Shown here: positions 19,602-29,069 of the stretch, in pieces
How positions within the stretch are numbered: the stretch's first letter is position 1
Layout: every line of letters starts with the position of its first letter
From: Anaerolineae bacterium
GTDB lineage: Bacteria > Chloroflexota > Anaerolineae > S140-20
NCBI GenBank assembly: GCA_027021705.1
Contig: JALUTT010000008.1
Location: 10,365 to 74,364 of the forward strand
Reading direction: 5' to 3'
DNA length: 64,000 bases
The notes under the pieces: generated by a model
The model's database searches: none
The model's input: the letters and a program-made list of their open reading frames with translations, nothing else
What the model was told of the DNA's origin: nothing
Made by a program: the position numbers and the translations under genes

Positions 19602-22600
19602 CTACCCTCCTAGGAGTTCTTGGACTTGCCGGGCCTCTTCTTCCTTTCCAGCGAGGGTGAACAGTTCGGCAGCCCTCTCCAGGCAGGCCCGGCCTCGGGC
19701 GATGGTCTCCCCCTCGTCCTGGGCCTGACCTTGCTCCACCAACCAGCGACCATATCCGGCCCAGGCGCGGGCCAGTTCTCCCGGATCACCGGCCTCTTCC
19801 AAGAGGGCAATGCTTTTCCGGTAGGCCTCCTCGGCTTGGGGGGCGTTCAGTTGGGCGTAGGCAGCGGCCAGCGCCCGCCAGGCCAAGGCCAGGGCCGGTT
19901 GGTTGTCCAGGGCGTCCGCCAGTTGACGGGCGGCCTCTGCGTGTTCCAGGGCTTCCTCCGGCCTTCCCTGAATCAGCAGCACCTCGCTGAGGTTGCGATG
20001 GGGGTCTATCAGGTGGGGCTTGCTGCCCAGCGCGGCGAAGCCCTCAATGGCCTTCCGCAGGTAGCTCTCGGCTTGCTCGTAATCCCCTAGGCCCAAAGCG
20101 GCTTCCCCTAGATTGCTGTAGCACTGGGCCACCCCCCACCGGTCGCCCATCTCCTGCCGCAGGGCCAGGCTACGCCGGTAGTAGTCCACAGCTTGCTGGT
20201 AGCGGCCCTGCTTGTAGCTCACGGTTCCCAGGTTGTTGTACGATGCTGCGATGCCGTAGGACTCGCCGATGCGCTGACGGATCTCTAGGCTGCGGTGCAA
20301 GTAAGCGGAAGTCTGGTCGTACTGCCCTTGCTGCCAGTAGACGAAGGCCAAGTTGTTGTAAGAGTTGGCCAGGCCGGGCAGATCCTGCAGGGCTTCTCGC
20401 AGCCGGATGCTCGCTTTGTGGAATTCAACGGCCTCGGTGTAGTTCCCTCGCGAGGAGGCGATGCTCCCCAGGGTGTGGTAGAGCTCGGCCCGGGCCCGCT
20501 GCACCCCTTCGTCCTCCGGCCAGTCCTTCAGGTACTCCAGCCCCCGCCCGCAGTACTCCAGAGCCTGATCGTACTCCCCCCGCCGCATCAGTACCCATCC
20601 CATAGCCCCGTAGATGCGAGAGACCTCCAGAGAGGCAGGCTCTTCTCGCAATAGATCCATCGCCCGATGCAGATGCTCCAGGGCCCGATCGTACCGCCCC
20701 TGCCGCTCGTAAGCTCGGGCGATTCGGCGCAACAGGGACGCCCGCTGCTCCGAGGAACCGGCGACCTCCAGGGCCTGCCGGTAGCAACGCAGCGCCTCCT
20801 CGTAGCGACCGATGTGCTGATAGACATCGCCCAGGGACCGGTGGGCCTCTGCTGCGCGGGGATCGTGGGGAGCGATCTCCAGCGCCCGCCGGTAGTAGGC
20901 GATGGCCGACTCATTGGCGTACTTGCTCCGGGCTTCGTCCCCGGCCAGGAGCAGGTAATGGACCGCTTTGTCCCACCGCTGTCCCTGGTCGTAGTGATGG
21001 GCCAGCAGGTCGTAGACCTGGGCCGGGTTATCGGCGTAGTGCTCCTCGATGTAGGCCCCGATCTTGCGGTGTAGTTCCCGGCGGATGGCGAAGAGCAGGG
21101 TCTCGTAGGTCACCTCCCGAACGAGGACGTGCCGAAAGAGGTACTCCAACACCGGCGACACCCTCTCCAAGAGGGTCATCCCTTCCTCTTCCAGGGCTTC
21201 CAGGCGGGTGCGGAGTTCCTCCTCGCTCACCCGGTGAGGGTAGACGCCGTGCAGGAGATCGAAGCCGAAGCGAACGCCAATGACCGAGGCGACTTGGAGG
21301 GTGTTCCGTTCGGGTGCCGGCAGGCGGTCCAGACGGCTGATGATCAACCCACTGATAGTTTCAGGAAGCTCCAGTTGGGCAAGGTCAGGCTTTACCCGCC
21401 ACTCCCCATCCGCCTCCGGCATGAGGATGCCGGAGTCCACGAGCACGCGGGTGATCTCTTCGATGAAGAAGGGATTGCCTTTGCACTTCTCCTCGACGAT
21501 GGTCTCCAGGAGGGGCGGGAGGGTCTGAGCGTGCAGGAGTACGCGGGCCAGTTCCTTGCCCTCCTGAGGGGGAAGCTCCCGCAAGAGAATGGTGGTGCAG
21601 TGCTCTCCCCGCATCCAGGCCTCTGTCGGCAGATCAGGGCGGTAGATGAGGAGCAGGAGGATGGGGTCGGCGGTGATGTTGCGGGCCACGTAGGCCAGCA
21701 ACTCCCGAGAGGCCCTGTCCATCCACTGCATGTCCTCGAGGATCAGCACCAGAGGACGGTGGGAGGCTTCGATCCGCAGGATCTCGAGGACCATGGCGAA
21801 GAGGCGGCGCTGCCGGAGCTGAGGGTCCAGAGAGCGGGTGAGCACATTGTCTGGGACTTCCAGGCCCAACACCTGCCCTAGGATGGGGGCCCAGTCCACC
21901 AGGCGGGGAGCCACCTCATCCAGATGGGCGAGCAGCCGGGAGGCGGTGACCGACAGGGATTCATCGCCATACAGGTCCAGGCATGCCTTCAGCAGTTCCA
22001 CCCAGGGGTGATAGGGGGAGTGGGTCGCGTAGGAGAGGCTGGTACCCTGTAGCACCCGCATGCCCTGCTTCTGGCAGTAGTCCCGTAGCGCCTCGGCCAG
22101 GCGTGTCTTGCCGACGCCGGCCTCCCCCACGATGGACAGGACCTGTCCCTGCCCCTGCCGGGCCCGGTCGGCGACGGCCTGGGCCTGGGCCAGTTCCCGG
22201 GTCCGGCCAACGAGGGGTGTCTGCACCCGACGATGGACCCGCTCCTGCACGGCGATCACCTGGCTGATGGAAACGGGCATGCGCTTCCCCTTCACCCGCA
22301 CCGGTTCCATCTCCCGGCAGACGACGAGATCGGCCACCCAGTGACGGGTCGCCCGGCTGACGATGATCTGACCGGACCGGGCGATGGCCATCAGGCGAGC
22401 TGCCAAGTTCACCTCGTCCCCCATCACCGTGTACTCACGGCGGATGGGACTGCCTACGTTGCCCGCGACGACGTAGCCGGTGTTGATGCCAATGCGCTGC
22501 CGGAGGGGGAAGGTGCCCTGGGGTGTCTCGATGGCCTGGAACGCCTCCATGGCGGCCTGCATCTCCAGGGCTGCCCGCACCGCCCGCTCGGGATCGTCCT

Positions 22601-23735
22601 CGTGGGCCTCGGGCGCACCAAAGAGGGCCATGATGCGGTGGCCAACGGCGTAGGTATCCAGTTTGTTCACCACCCCTCCGTAGCGGGCTAAGATGCCCTG
22701 CATCGTGGTGAAGTGGCGGTCAAGGGTTTCGATGATCAGAGCGCTGCCCTCCTCGCCCAAGGTCTCGATCATCTCGTCTACGCCGTAGAAGTTGGCGAAA
22801 AGGATGGTGACCGGTCGGAACTCCCCCTCCAGCTCAGCCCCCTCCACCAACCTTTCCAGCAGACCCTCAGGCAGGTAGGGGGTCAGGCGATCCAGTTGGG
22901 CAACGGCCAGGGCCAAGCTCGTTGGCGGGGGAAAAGGGGAAGGGGGTGCTGTAGGCGATGGAGACGAGAGGATGCGCCGAACAGGGTGATAGCCCTCACG
23001 GGACGGGCCTACGACAATCCGATCCCCCACGGCGGCACGCGCTTCCTCGTTGATGACCACTTCTCCGGCCCCGGCTCGGTCCTCGGCGTGGGCCATCTCC
23101 CGCACGGCATGGCCCATCACCGCGTACTCCCGTCGCTCTCGGGTGCCCACGCTGGCTGCGAAGAGGGGGCCCGTCCCCAGCCCTACCGTCATCCGCAGGG
23201 AGAAGGTCTGGCCGAAGACCTCCACCTGCCGGAAGCGGTGCATCCTCTCCTGCATCGTCAGCGCTGCCTGGATGGCTCGCAGGGCGTGCTCCTCCCCCAG
23301 GAAGAGGGCCATAATCGCGTCACCGCCGAACTTGAGCAGCAGGCCATCGTAGGTGAGGAGGGGGGTTAGCATCTCCGTGAAATAGTCATCCACGATGCCT
23401 GTGATCTTCTCCGCCCCCTCCCGCCGCCGATCTTGGCCCCGCTCCTGGTGGGAGAGGGCCTCGGTCATCGCGGTGAAGCCGCTGATGTCGGCGAAGAGGG
23501 CCGTCCCGTACAGAAAGGCACCCCGCACGTGCTCTGGGGGAGGAACAGCGATCTCCTGGGCCACCAGGTGACGGGGCAGGTAGGTGACCACCACGTCCCG
23601 GAGGGCGGTCAGATGGGCCAGGAGGTGACGCTCCATCTCCGGTGGGAGCTCCGTCAGATCCACCGGAAGCCGACGGCGCAATGCGGAGGGGAGATAGGGG
23701 TGTAGGGATTCTGAAGGTAACGGGGGAGAGGGCAT
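19602..23735 (-). CDS. Double class III adenylate/guanylate cyclase + STAND ATPase + TPR protein
   Basis: FADISGFT/KFGGDA, second domain GDEVNLAARL, GEAGVGKT, LEDMQWMD, GNPFFIEE, many TPRs. Confidence 0.92.
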   Translation of the reverse strand: MPSPPLPSESLHPYLPSALRRRLPVDLTELPPEMERHLLAHLTALRDVVVTYLPRHLVAQEIAVPPPEHVRGAFLYGTALFADISGFTAMTEALSHQERGQDRRREGAEKITGIVDDYFTEMLTPLLTYDGLLLKFGGDAIMALFLGEEHALRAIQAALTMQERMHRFRQVEVFGQTFSLRMTVGLGTGPLFAASVGTRERREYAVMGHAVREMAHAEDRAGAGEVVINEEARAAVGDRIVVGPSREGYHPVRRILSSPSPTAPPSPFPPPTSLALAVAQLDRLTPYLPEGLLERLVEGAELEGEFRPVTILFANFYGVDEMIETLGEEGSALIIETLDRHFTTMQGILARYGGVVNKLDTYAVGHRIMALFGAPEAHEDDPERAVRAALEMQAAMEAFQAIETPQGTFPLRQRIGINTGYVVAGNVGSPIRREYTVMGDEVNLAARLMAIARSGQIIVSRATRHWVADLVVCREMEPVRVKGKRMPVSISQVIAVQERVHRRVQTPLVGRTRELAQAQAVADRARQGQGQVLSIVGEAGVGKTRLAEALRDYCQKQGMRVLQGTSLSYATHSPYHPWVELLKACLDLYGDESLSVTASRLLAHLDEVAPRLVDWAPILGQVLGLEVPDNVLTRSLDPQLRQRRLFAMVLEILRIEASHRPLVLILEDMQWMDRASRELLAYVARNITADPILLLLIYRPDLPTEAWMRGEHCTTILLRELPPQEGKELARVLLHAQTLPPLLETIVEEKCKGNPFFIEEITRVLVDSGILMPEADGEWRVKPDLAQLELPETISGLIISRLDRLPAPERNTLQVASVIGVRFGFDLLHGVYPHRVSEEELRTRLEALEEEGMTLLERVSPVLEYLFRHVLVREVTYETLLFAIRRELHRKIGAYIEEHYADNPAQVYDLLAHHYDQGQRWDKAVHYLLLAGDEARSKYANESAIAYYRRALEIAPHDPRAAEAHRSLGDVYQHIGRYEEALRCYRQALEVAGSSEQRASLLRRIARAYERQGRYDRALEHLHRAMDLLREEPASLEVSRIYGAMGWVLMRRGEYDQALEYCGRGLEYLKDWPEDEGVQRARAELYHTLGSIASSRGNYTEAVEFHKASIRLREALQDLPGLANSYNNLAFVYWQQGQYDQTSAYLHRSLEIRQRIGESYGIAASYNNLGTVSYKQGRYQQAVDYYRRSLALRQEMGDRWGVAQCYSNLGEAALGLGDYEQAESYLRKAIEGFAALGSKPHLIDPHRNLSEVLLIQGRPEEALEHAEAARQLADALDNQPALALAWRALAAAYAQLNAPQAEEAYRKSIALLEEAGDPGELARAWAGYGRWLVEQGQAQDEGETIARGRACLERAAELFTLAGKEEEARQVQELLGG

Positions 23736-23753
23736 CGTTGAAGCGGCGTTGGG

Positions 23754-24188
23754 TTAACGGGAGAGGCGGCGCAGCGCCGGCTCGTACTCGGTGATGGTCG
23801 CACGCCAGCTTTCCGGGATGGGGCGGGTGGCCCCGACGCGGTAGTCGTAGCAGACCGAGACCGTCCGGGCCTGGGCAGCCAGGGCCCCGGCCGCCTCGAT
23901 GCGGTAGGCCATGTGGAGGCTCTTGTTCCCCAACCGGCTGACCCGCAGCCAGACGACGACGGGATCGCCGTAGTAGATGGGGCGCTCGTAGGTGCAACAG
24001 GCCTCAACGATGATGAAGCCCAGGTCGTCCCAGCGACCCGAGGTCCACAGCCCCAACTGGCGGACGTACTCGACGCGGGCCTGTTCCATAAAGCTGAAGT
24101 AGGCGGCGTGGTTCACGTGGCCCTGAGCGTCAATGTCACGGTAGCGGACGGTGATGGGGATGGAGAAGCGGAAGAGATCGTCGCTCAT
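23754..24188 (-). CDS. Acyl-CoA thioesterase, 4HBT/YbgC family
   Basis: VRYRDIDAQGHVNHAAY; RBS AGGAGG. Confidence 0.9.
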   Translation of the reverse strand: MSDDLFRFSIPITVRYRDIDAQGHVNHAAYFSFMEQARVEYVRQLGLWTSGRWDDLGFIIVEACCTYERPIYYGDPVVVWLRVSRLGNKSLHMAYRIEAAGALAAQARTVSVCYDYRVGATRPIPESWRATITEYEPALRRLSR

Positions 24189-24598
24189 AGGACCTCCTGT
24201 TGGCGATCTTCGGTTCCCTGGAGGGCGCGGGCGATGCTGGCCCGCAGTTCCTTGACGGTAAAGGGTTTCACCAGGTAATCGGCGACCTCGGCGACCTGGG
24301 GCCATATCCCCTCGGTCAGCCCTTCCGTGCGCACCGTGATAACGATGACGGGGGTATCACGGAGGGCCGGGTCCTGGCGCATCCGATTAAAGACCTCCCA
24401 GCCATCAATGTCCGGCAACATCAAGTCCAGCAGGACCAGGTCCGGCTGGAGTTCCTTGATGAGCTCCCAACCCTGCTCGCCGGTGAGAGCCCAGGCGAAA
24501 CGGATATCTTCCTTGCGCAGGATAAGCGCCAACAGGTCTATCAGCTCACGCTCATCCTCGATGTAAACGATGGTCTTCTGATCCTTCTCTGCGTCCAC
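24185..24598 (-). CDS. Single-domain response regulator
   Basis: IEDE, LLDLMLPDIDG, LVKPF. Confidence 0.9.
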   Translation of the reverse strand: MDAEKDQKTIVYIEDERELIDLLALILRKEDIRFAWALTGEQGWELIKELQPDLVLLDLMLPDIDGWEVFNRMRQDPALRDTPVIVITVRTEGLTEGIWPQVAEVADYLVKPFTVKELRASIARALQGTEDRQQEVL

Positions 24599-24602
24599 CT
24601 TA

Positions 24603-25313
24603 TCACTCCTGAAACGATGATACGCCTGGCCATTCGTCATCCTGATCCTCGGCCCAGGCGTGCCGTCCGACCATCGGCACGAAGATGACCGGGACGAGCT
24701 GCTCCTGCACCCACTGCTTGCCCTTTCGGGTGAGCCGGATCAGCATCTGGTCGTAGCGATTGCCCACGGGGCCGACAAGGCGTCCCCCGTCGGCCAGTTG
24801 TTGGCGAAGGGGGAGGGGGATCGTGGGAGGGGCAGCGGTCATCAGGATGGCATCGAAGGGGGCTTCCTCCGGCCAGCCGGCGCTCCCATCGCCCACCCGG
24901 ATGGACACATTTCGGTATCCCAGCTCGGCCAGGCGGCGGCGGGCTCTCTCGGCTAGAGAGGCATAACGCTCGATGCTGTAGACCCAGCGGGCCAGCAGAC
25001 TCAAGATGGCGGTCTGGTACCCTGAACCGGTACCTATCTCCAGGACCTTCTCATCTCCCTTGAGCTGTAGGGCGGCTGTCATATAGGCCACGATGTAGGG
25101 CTGGGAGATGGTCTGGCCTTCACCGATGGGCAGGGGGCGATCCTCGTAGGCGAGGTGACGGCGATCCTCGGGGACGAAGAGGTGGCGAGGCACCCGTCGC
25201 ATCGCCTCAATCACCCGTTCGTCCCGGATCCCCCGGGCGACGATCTGCTGCTGGACCATCCGCTCGCGGCGGGCCGCGTAGTCATGGGCACGCATCCCTC
25301 GATTGGGCCCCAT
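24603..25313 (-). CDS. pcm: Protein-L-isoaspartate O-methyltransferase
   Basis: VPRHLFV, GQTISQPY, LEIGTGSGYQ, APFDAI. Confidence 0.95.
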   Translation of the reverse strand: MGPNRGMRAHDYAARRERMVQQQIVARGIRDERVIEAMRRVPRHLFVPEDRRHLAYEDRPLPIGEGQTISQPYIVAYMTAALQLKGDEKVLEIGTGSGYQTAILSLLARWVYSIERYASLAERARRRLAELGYRNVSIRVGDGSAGWPEEAPFDAILMTAAPPTIPLPLRQQLADGGRLVGPVGNRYDQMLIRLTRKGKQWVQEQLVPVIFVPMVGRHAWAEDQDDEWPGVSSFQE

Positions 25314-25395
25314 CCTGTTCCGCCTTTCAGCCCCCTTGCGCTCCTATTCGCCTATTATAACACACCTGCCAGGGAAGGGGTAGCCCGTGGGGTCT

Positions 25396-25545
25396 GGTGA
25401 TTACCTACACCTGAGCGAGCGAATGGGCCATAGCGGGCCGTCTATGAGTTTTCTCGAATGCACGAATGGGGTGGTTCCTAACTCGTGTATTCGTACCCTA
25501 TTCGTGGACGGCTAATCTCTCACCCCCAAGATATGGGTAATCATC
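25396..25545 (-). mobile_element. MITE-like element family A, copy 2 (inverted, more diverged)
   Basis: GGTGATTACC...TGGGTAATCATC; reverse complement aligns with 5979-6130. Confidence 0.75.
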
Positions 25546-25590
25546 AGTGGGAGGTCTTGTCAGAGAACTGATGGACCCTGCCGGAACCGG

Positions 25591-26454
25591 TCACGAGGCC
25601 AGGCGCAGATAGGGGTCCCGCTGACCCAGCAACCCCCTCACCAGGTAGTAGAGGGCGTAGAGCTCTAGGGCGAAAGGCAGGTATCCCCCGTAGCCCAGCA
25701 GGGGCATCTCGAAGATGCGCAGGAAATCCACAAAGGGGATGGTGTAAACCCACTTGGGAAAGGCCCAGTAGTTCCAGAACTCCCAGAAGAAGGCACAAAG
25801 CAGCACCCCGGCCCAGAGGGAGGCGACGGAACGCCAGTCGCCCCGGGCCGTCTCCTCCAGGAGCGTTCGGTGTCCCAGCCAGGCGTTGACCGGCTCCAGA
25901 ATGAAGAAGAGGGAGAGCCAGATAAAGGGGAAGCCGTAGCGGGGCCAGGTCCAGAGCACCGCCAGCATCAGCCAGCCGGCCAGGAAGAAGCCCAGGAGCA
26001 GCCGGCGCGTCGGGCGCAGCCGGGGGCCGTGGCGGAAGCGCTGGATGAAGGAGCAGGTAGACGCCAGTTCGGCAGCTTCGAAGACGGCCGGCAGGACCGT
26101 GGAGAAGGCCAGGCTGGCCAACAAGGCATACTCTAGATCGCTGAAGAGCTCCCGGCCCACGTAGTGCCAGTTCTGAGTGCGCCAGTTCAGCAACTCGAAG
26201 AGCCACCAGATGGGGGCAGAGAGGACAAAGAGCCCCACGAAAGCCTGCCAACGGCGGGTGAGGAGGGAGTGCCCTCGCCGTCGCCAGACCAGGGCATCGA
26301 GGGTGAGGACCAGGCCGGTCCACAGAGGGAAAAAGGTGAAGTGGGTCCGGGGGCCTGGTAGGAACCACGTGAGGGGCCAGAAGAGGGTGATCAGGAAAAG
26401 CCCCAACCAGCCGTGGCGGGGCCAGGGACGGGGACGGACGAGGATACGAGTCAT
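25591..26454 (-). CDS. Conserved polytopic membrane protein, function unknown
   Basis: RBS AGGAGG; Trp-rich TM segments; repeated FE..N / WEFWNY..W.Y motifs. Confidence 0.8.
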   Translation of the reverse strand: MTRILVRPRPWPRHGWLGLFLITLFWPLTWFLPGPRTHFTFFPLWTGLVLTLDALVWRRRGHSLLTRRWQAFVGLFVLSAPIWWLFELLNWRTQNWHYVGRELFSDLEYALLASLAFSTVLPAVFEAAELASTCSFIQRFRHGPRLRPTRRLLLGFFLAGWLMLAVLWTWPRYGFPFIWLSLFFILEPVNAWLGHRTLLEETARGDWRSVASLWAGVLLCAFFWEFWNYWAFPKWVYTIPFVDFLRIFEMPLLGYGGYLPFALELYALYYLVRGLLGQRDPYLRLAS

Positions 26455-26489
26455 GCCGCGCCTCCTCTCTTCACTCGCTCTCCAGTCGC

Positions 26490-26621
26490 TCAGTCAGGCA
26501 CCGTGCTGAAGGGATCAGGCGTTGCTGGATCCAGCCCCAGCGTGACCGCCATCTGCTCGGTGCTTTGGTCTACCACAAACTCCGCCCAGAGGGGGAAGTG
26601 GTCCGAGATTCGGTACGACAT
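26490..26621 (-). pseudogene. C-terminal remnant of an endonuclease/exonuclease/phosphatase (EEP) gene
   Basis: My translation MSYRISDHFPLWAEFVVDQ...; SDHxP is the terminal EEP motif; in-frame stop just upstream. Confidence 0.6.
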
Positions 26622-26660
26622 CTGCCGCGTAGCTTACCATCTCCACCTTCTGTACACCCT

Positions 26661-26689
26661 ATTGTATAACCTACCGGGGCAGGAGGCAA
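26661..26689 (-). promoter_or_regulatory. Sigma70-like promoter
   Basis: Minus strand TTGCCT-17 bp-TACAAT. Confidence 0.5.
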
Positions 26690-26806
26690 GGGGAATGTTG
26701 CAGAGTTGATGTTTTCCGTGTTTCGAGGTAAACTCTGGGGGAAGACCGAGCCGGTATGCCCCCGCCCCTCGGCCCCTTCACCAGAGCGTTTGGGGGAAGG
26801 GAGACG

Positions 26807-27592
26807 GTGAAAAGGCTTCAGGATCGCTTTGAGGGATTGCCTTCTCCCCATTGGTCCCAGTACACTGCCGGCAAGGGCCGGATTGTCCTGACTGGGACCA
26901 GCGTGCGCTTTCTTCTGGAGGGCGCTCGGGCCGGGGAACTCTCCGATGCTCAAATTGACGATTACCAGGGTCTTCCACGCCGGCGGTTCTACTGGCGTCC
27001 TCCTCTACGGATGCAGGTTCGGGCCAGGGCTTCCCATCCGGCGGGGAGGCTGCAGGGGACGGCAGGATTCGGCTTCTGGAATGCCCCCTTCGGTGTGAGA
27101 ACCCGGTGGCCGGCGTTGCCCCAGGCGATCTGGTTCTTCTACGCCTCGCCACCCTCGGAGATGCGGCTGGCCTTGGGCCTGCCTGGCTGGGGGTGGAAGG
27201 CGGCCTGTCTGGATGCGGGGCGACCAGCAGCGCTCCTGTGGGCTCCTTTCGCCCTGCCCCTGGTCCTCTTGATGCGGCTCCAGCCCGTCTACCAACGGCT
27301 CTGGCCGACCATTCAGCAGGCTCTGGCCATCCACGAACGGCTGTTGGAGGTGGACTTGACCGCTTGGCACACCTACGAACTGGTGTGGCGGCCTGACGGT
27401 GCGACCTGGTCGGTGGACGGTGAGCAGATCCTCACCGCCCCGGCGGCCCCTCGGGGTCCCCTGGCCTTCGTCGCCTGGCTGGACAACCAGACCGCCGTCG
27501 TCACACCCCAAGGCCGATTGCGCCTTGGCCTGTTAGAGGTTCCCCACCGCCAGTGGTTGGAACTGGACTGGGTCGAGATCTGTTCCTGGTGA
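26807..27592 (+). CDS. ConA-like/GH16-like fold protein
   Basis: GTAGFGFWN, WHTYELVWRPDGATWSVDG; start uncertain (26756 or 26807). Confidence 0.65.
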   Translation: MKRLQDRFEGLPSPHWSQYTAGKGRIVLTGTSVRFLLEGARAGELSDAQIDDYQGLPRRRFYWRPPLRMQVRARASHPAGRLQGTAGFGFWNAPFGVRTRWPALPQAIWFFYASPPSEMRLALGLPGWGWKAACLDAGRPAALLWAPFALPLVLLMRLQPVYQRLWPTIQQALAIHERLLEVDLTAWHTYELVWRPDGATWSVDGEQILTAPAAPRGPLAFVAWLDNQTAVVTPQGRLRLGLLEVPHRQWLELDWVEICSW

Positions 27593-27738
27593 GCGTATGA
27601 TCTGAGCGAGAAGATCGGTCAACGAAGGCTGAGCGAATAAGCGAATGGCCGCTCGCCACGGCCCAAACGAACCAAGAAAGTTGTCGGAGAACGTCGAGAG
27701 ATGGCGCGTAGAGGCTATGTTGGGAAGAGGAGTAGGAT

Positions 27739-28113
27739 ATGGCTGGTCGCGTTATGGCGATTATGGCAGATCTGTTCTTTGCCATCCGCTTGGAGGATGT
27801 AGCTCAGACGACGGGCTGTGAGATCATCTGGCCCTCCATTGCTGACGATGTGGTAGCGGTGGCGGAGGAGGAAGGGGTCGCCCTCATCCTCGTGGATACC
27901 CACACTATCCTGCCGTGGGAGCGGTGGGTGCAGGAACTCAAGGGCGATCCGAGAACAGCCCCCATTCCGATCATCGCCTTCGGAGCGCCTGCGGATTCCA
28001 AGCTCCGCCAGCAGGCACTGGAGGTAGGGTGTGACGAAGTGCTGGCCCGCTCAGAGTTCGTCTCCCGTCTGCCCTCGTTGATTCAACGGTACGTGCTCCT
28101 CCAGGAGGGGTAA
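27739..28113 (+). CDS. Atypical single-domain response regulator
   Basis: RBS GAGGAG; DLFF, LILVD, IPIIAFG; receiver-sized. Confidence 0.7.
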   Translation: MAGRVMAIMADLFFAIRLEDVAQTTGCEIIWPSIADDVVAVAEEEGVALILVDTHTILPWERWVQELKGDPRTAPIPIIAFGAPADSKLRQQALEVGCDEVLARSEFVSRLPSLIQRYVLLQEG

Positions 28114-28114
28114 T

Positions 28115-28885
28115 GTGACTTTGGACTTCTCCGGCAAAGTGGCCCTCGTTACCGGCAGCGGGCGGGGGATTGGGCGAGCGATCGCCCTCCACTTGGCCCG
28201 CCACGGGGCCGATCTGGTGGTCAACTTTTTTCGCAACCGGACGCCCGCCGAGGAGACGGCAGCCCAGATCGAGGCCCTGGGCCGACGGGCCATCGTCGTC
28301 AAGGCCAACGTGGGCGATCCCCAGGCTCTCGAACATCTTCTGACCGAGACGGAGCGGGCCTTCGGCGGGCTGGACATCCTGGTCAACAACGCGGCTTCGG
28401 GCTACAACCGCCCCGTGATGGAACAGCGGGTGAAGGGGTGGGACTGGACGATGGGGATCAACGCCCGGGCCGCGCTCTTTCTCTCCCAGGGAGCCGTGCC
28501 CCTGATGCAGCGGCGGGGTGGCGGCCACATCGTCAACATCTCCAGCGTTGGCTCCTTCCGCGTGTTGCCCGACTACGTCGTCGTAGGAGCTTCCAAGGCC
28601 GCGCTGGAGGCGGTCACCCGCTACCTGGCCGTGGAACTGGCTCCCTACAACATCGTCGTCAATGCCGTCGCCGGCGGGCTGGTGGAGACCGAGGCGCTGA
28701 AGCACTTCCGCCCCCTGCGGGAGAACCGTCGGCTGCTGGAGGAGGCGGCTCGGCGGACGCCGGCCGGCCGCAACCTCCAGCCCGAGGACATCGCTCAGGT
28801 CGTCGCCTTCCTCTGCACCCCGGCCGCCCAGATGATTCGGGGACAGGTGATCGTCGTGGACGGCGGGTACACGCTGACGGTGTGA
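28115..28885 (+). CDS. fabL: Enoyl-ACP reductase FabL (SDR)
   Basis: TGSGRGIG, NNAASG..RPVME, YVVVGASKAALE. Confidence 0.75.
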   Translation: MTLDFSGKVALVTGSGRGIGRAIALHLARHGADLVVNFFRNRTPAEETAAQIEALGRRAIVVKANVGDPQALEHLLTETERAFGGLDILVNNAASGYNRPVMEQRVKGWDWTMGINARAALFLSQGAVPLMQRRGGGHIVNISSVGSFRVLPDYVVVGASKAALEAVTRYLAVELAPYNIVVNAVAGGLVETEALKHFRPLRENRRLLEEAARRTPAGRNLQPEDIAQVVAFLCTPAAQMIRGQVIVVDGGYTLTV

Positions 28886-28897
28886 GGAGAAGCTGAG

Positions 28898-28993
28898 ATC
28901 CTCCCGCAGGTTCCTCCCACGGCCTGAAGTGCGTCACGGGCTGCCTCCGATAGGTCATTGCTGTGCCGGGCACCGCACGACCTGCGGGAGGGT
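28898..28993 (-). mobile_element. Family B-type element: same terminal IR and size, different interior
   Basis: ATCCTCCCGCAGGTT...GACCTGCGGGAGGGT, 96 bp. Confidence 0.6.
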
Positions 28994-29069
28994 TTGGGGG
29001 GAGCTAGAGAGGCTGATGGTCCGGGAGCGACGAGAGGCTGCCCGGCTCTGATCCCGATGGAGGGAGCCA

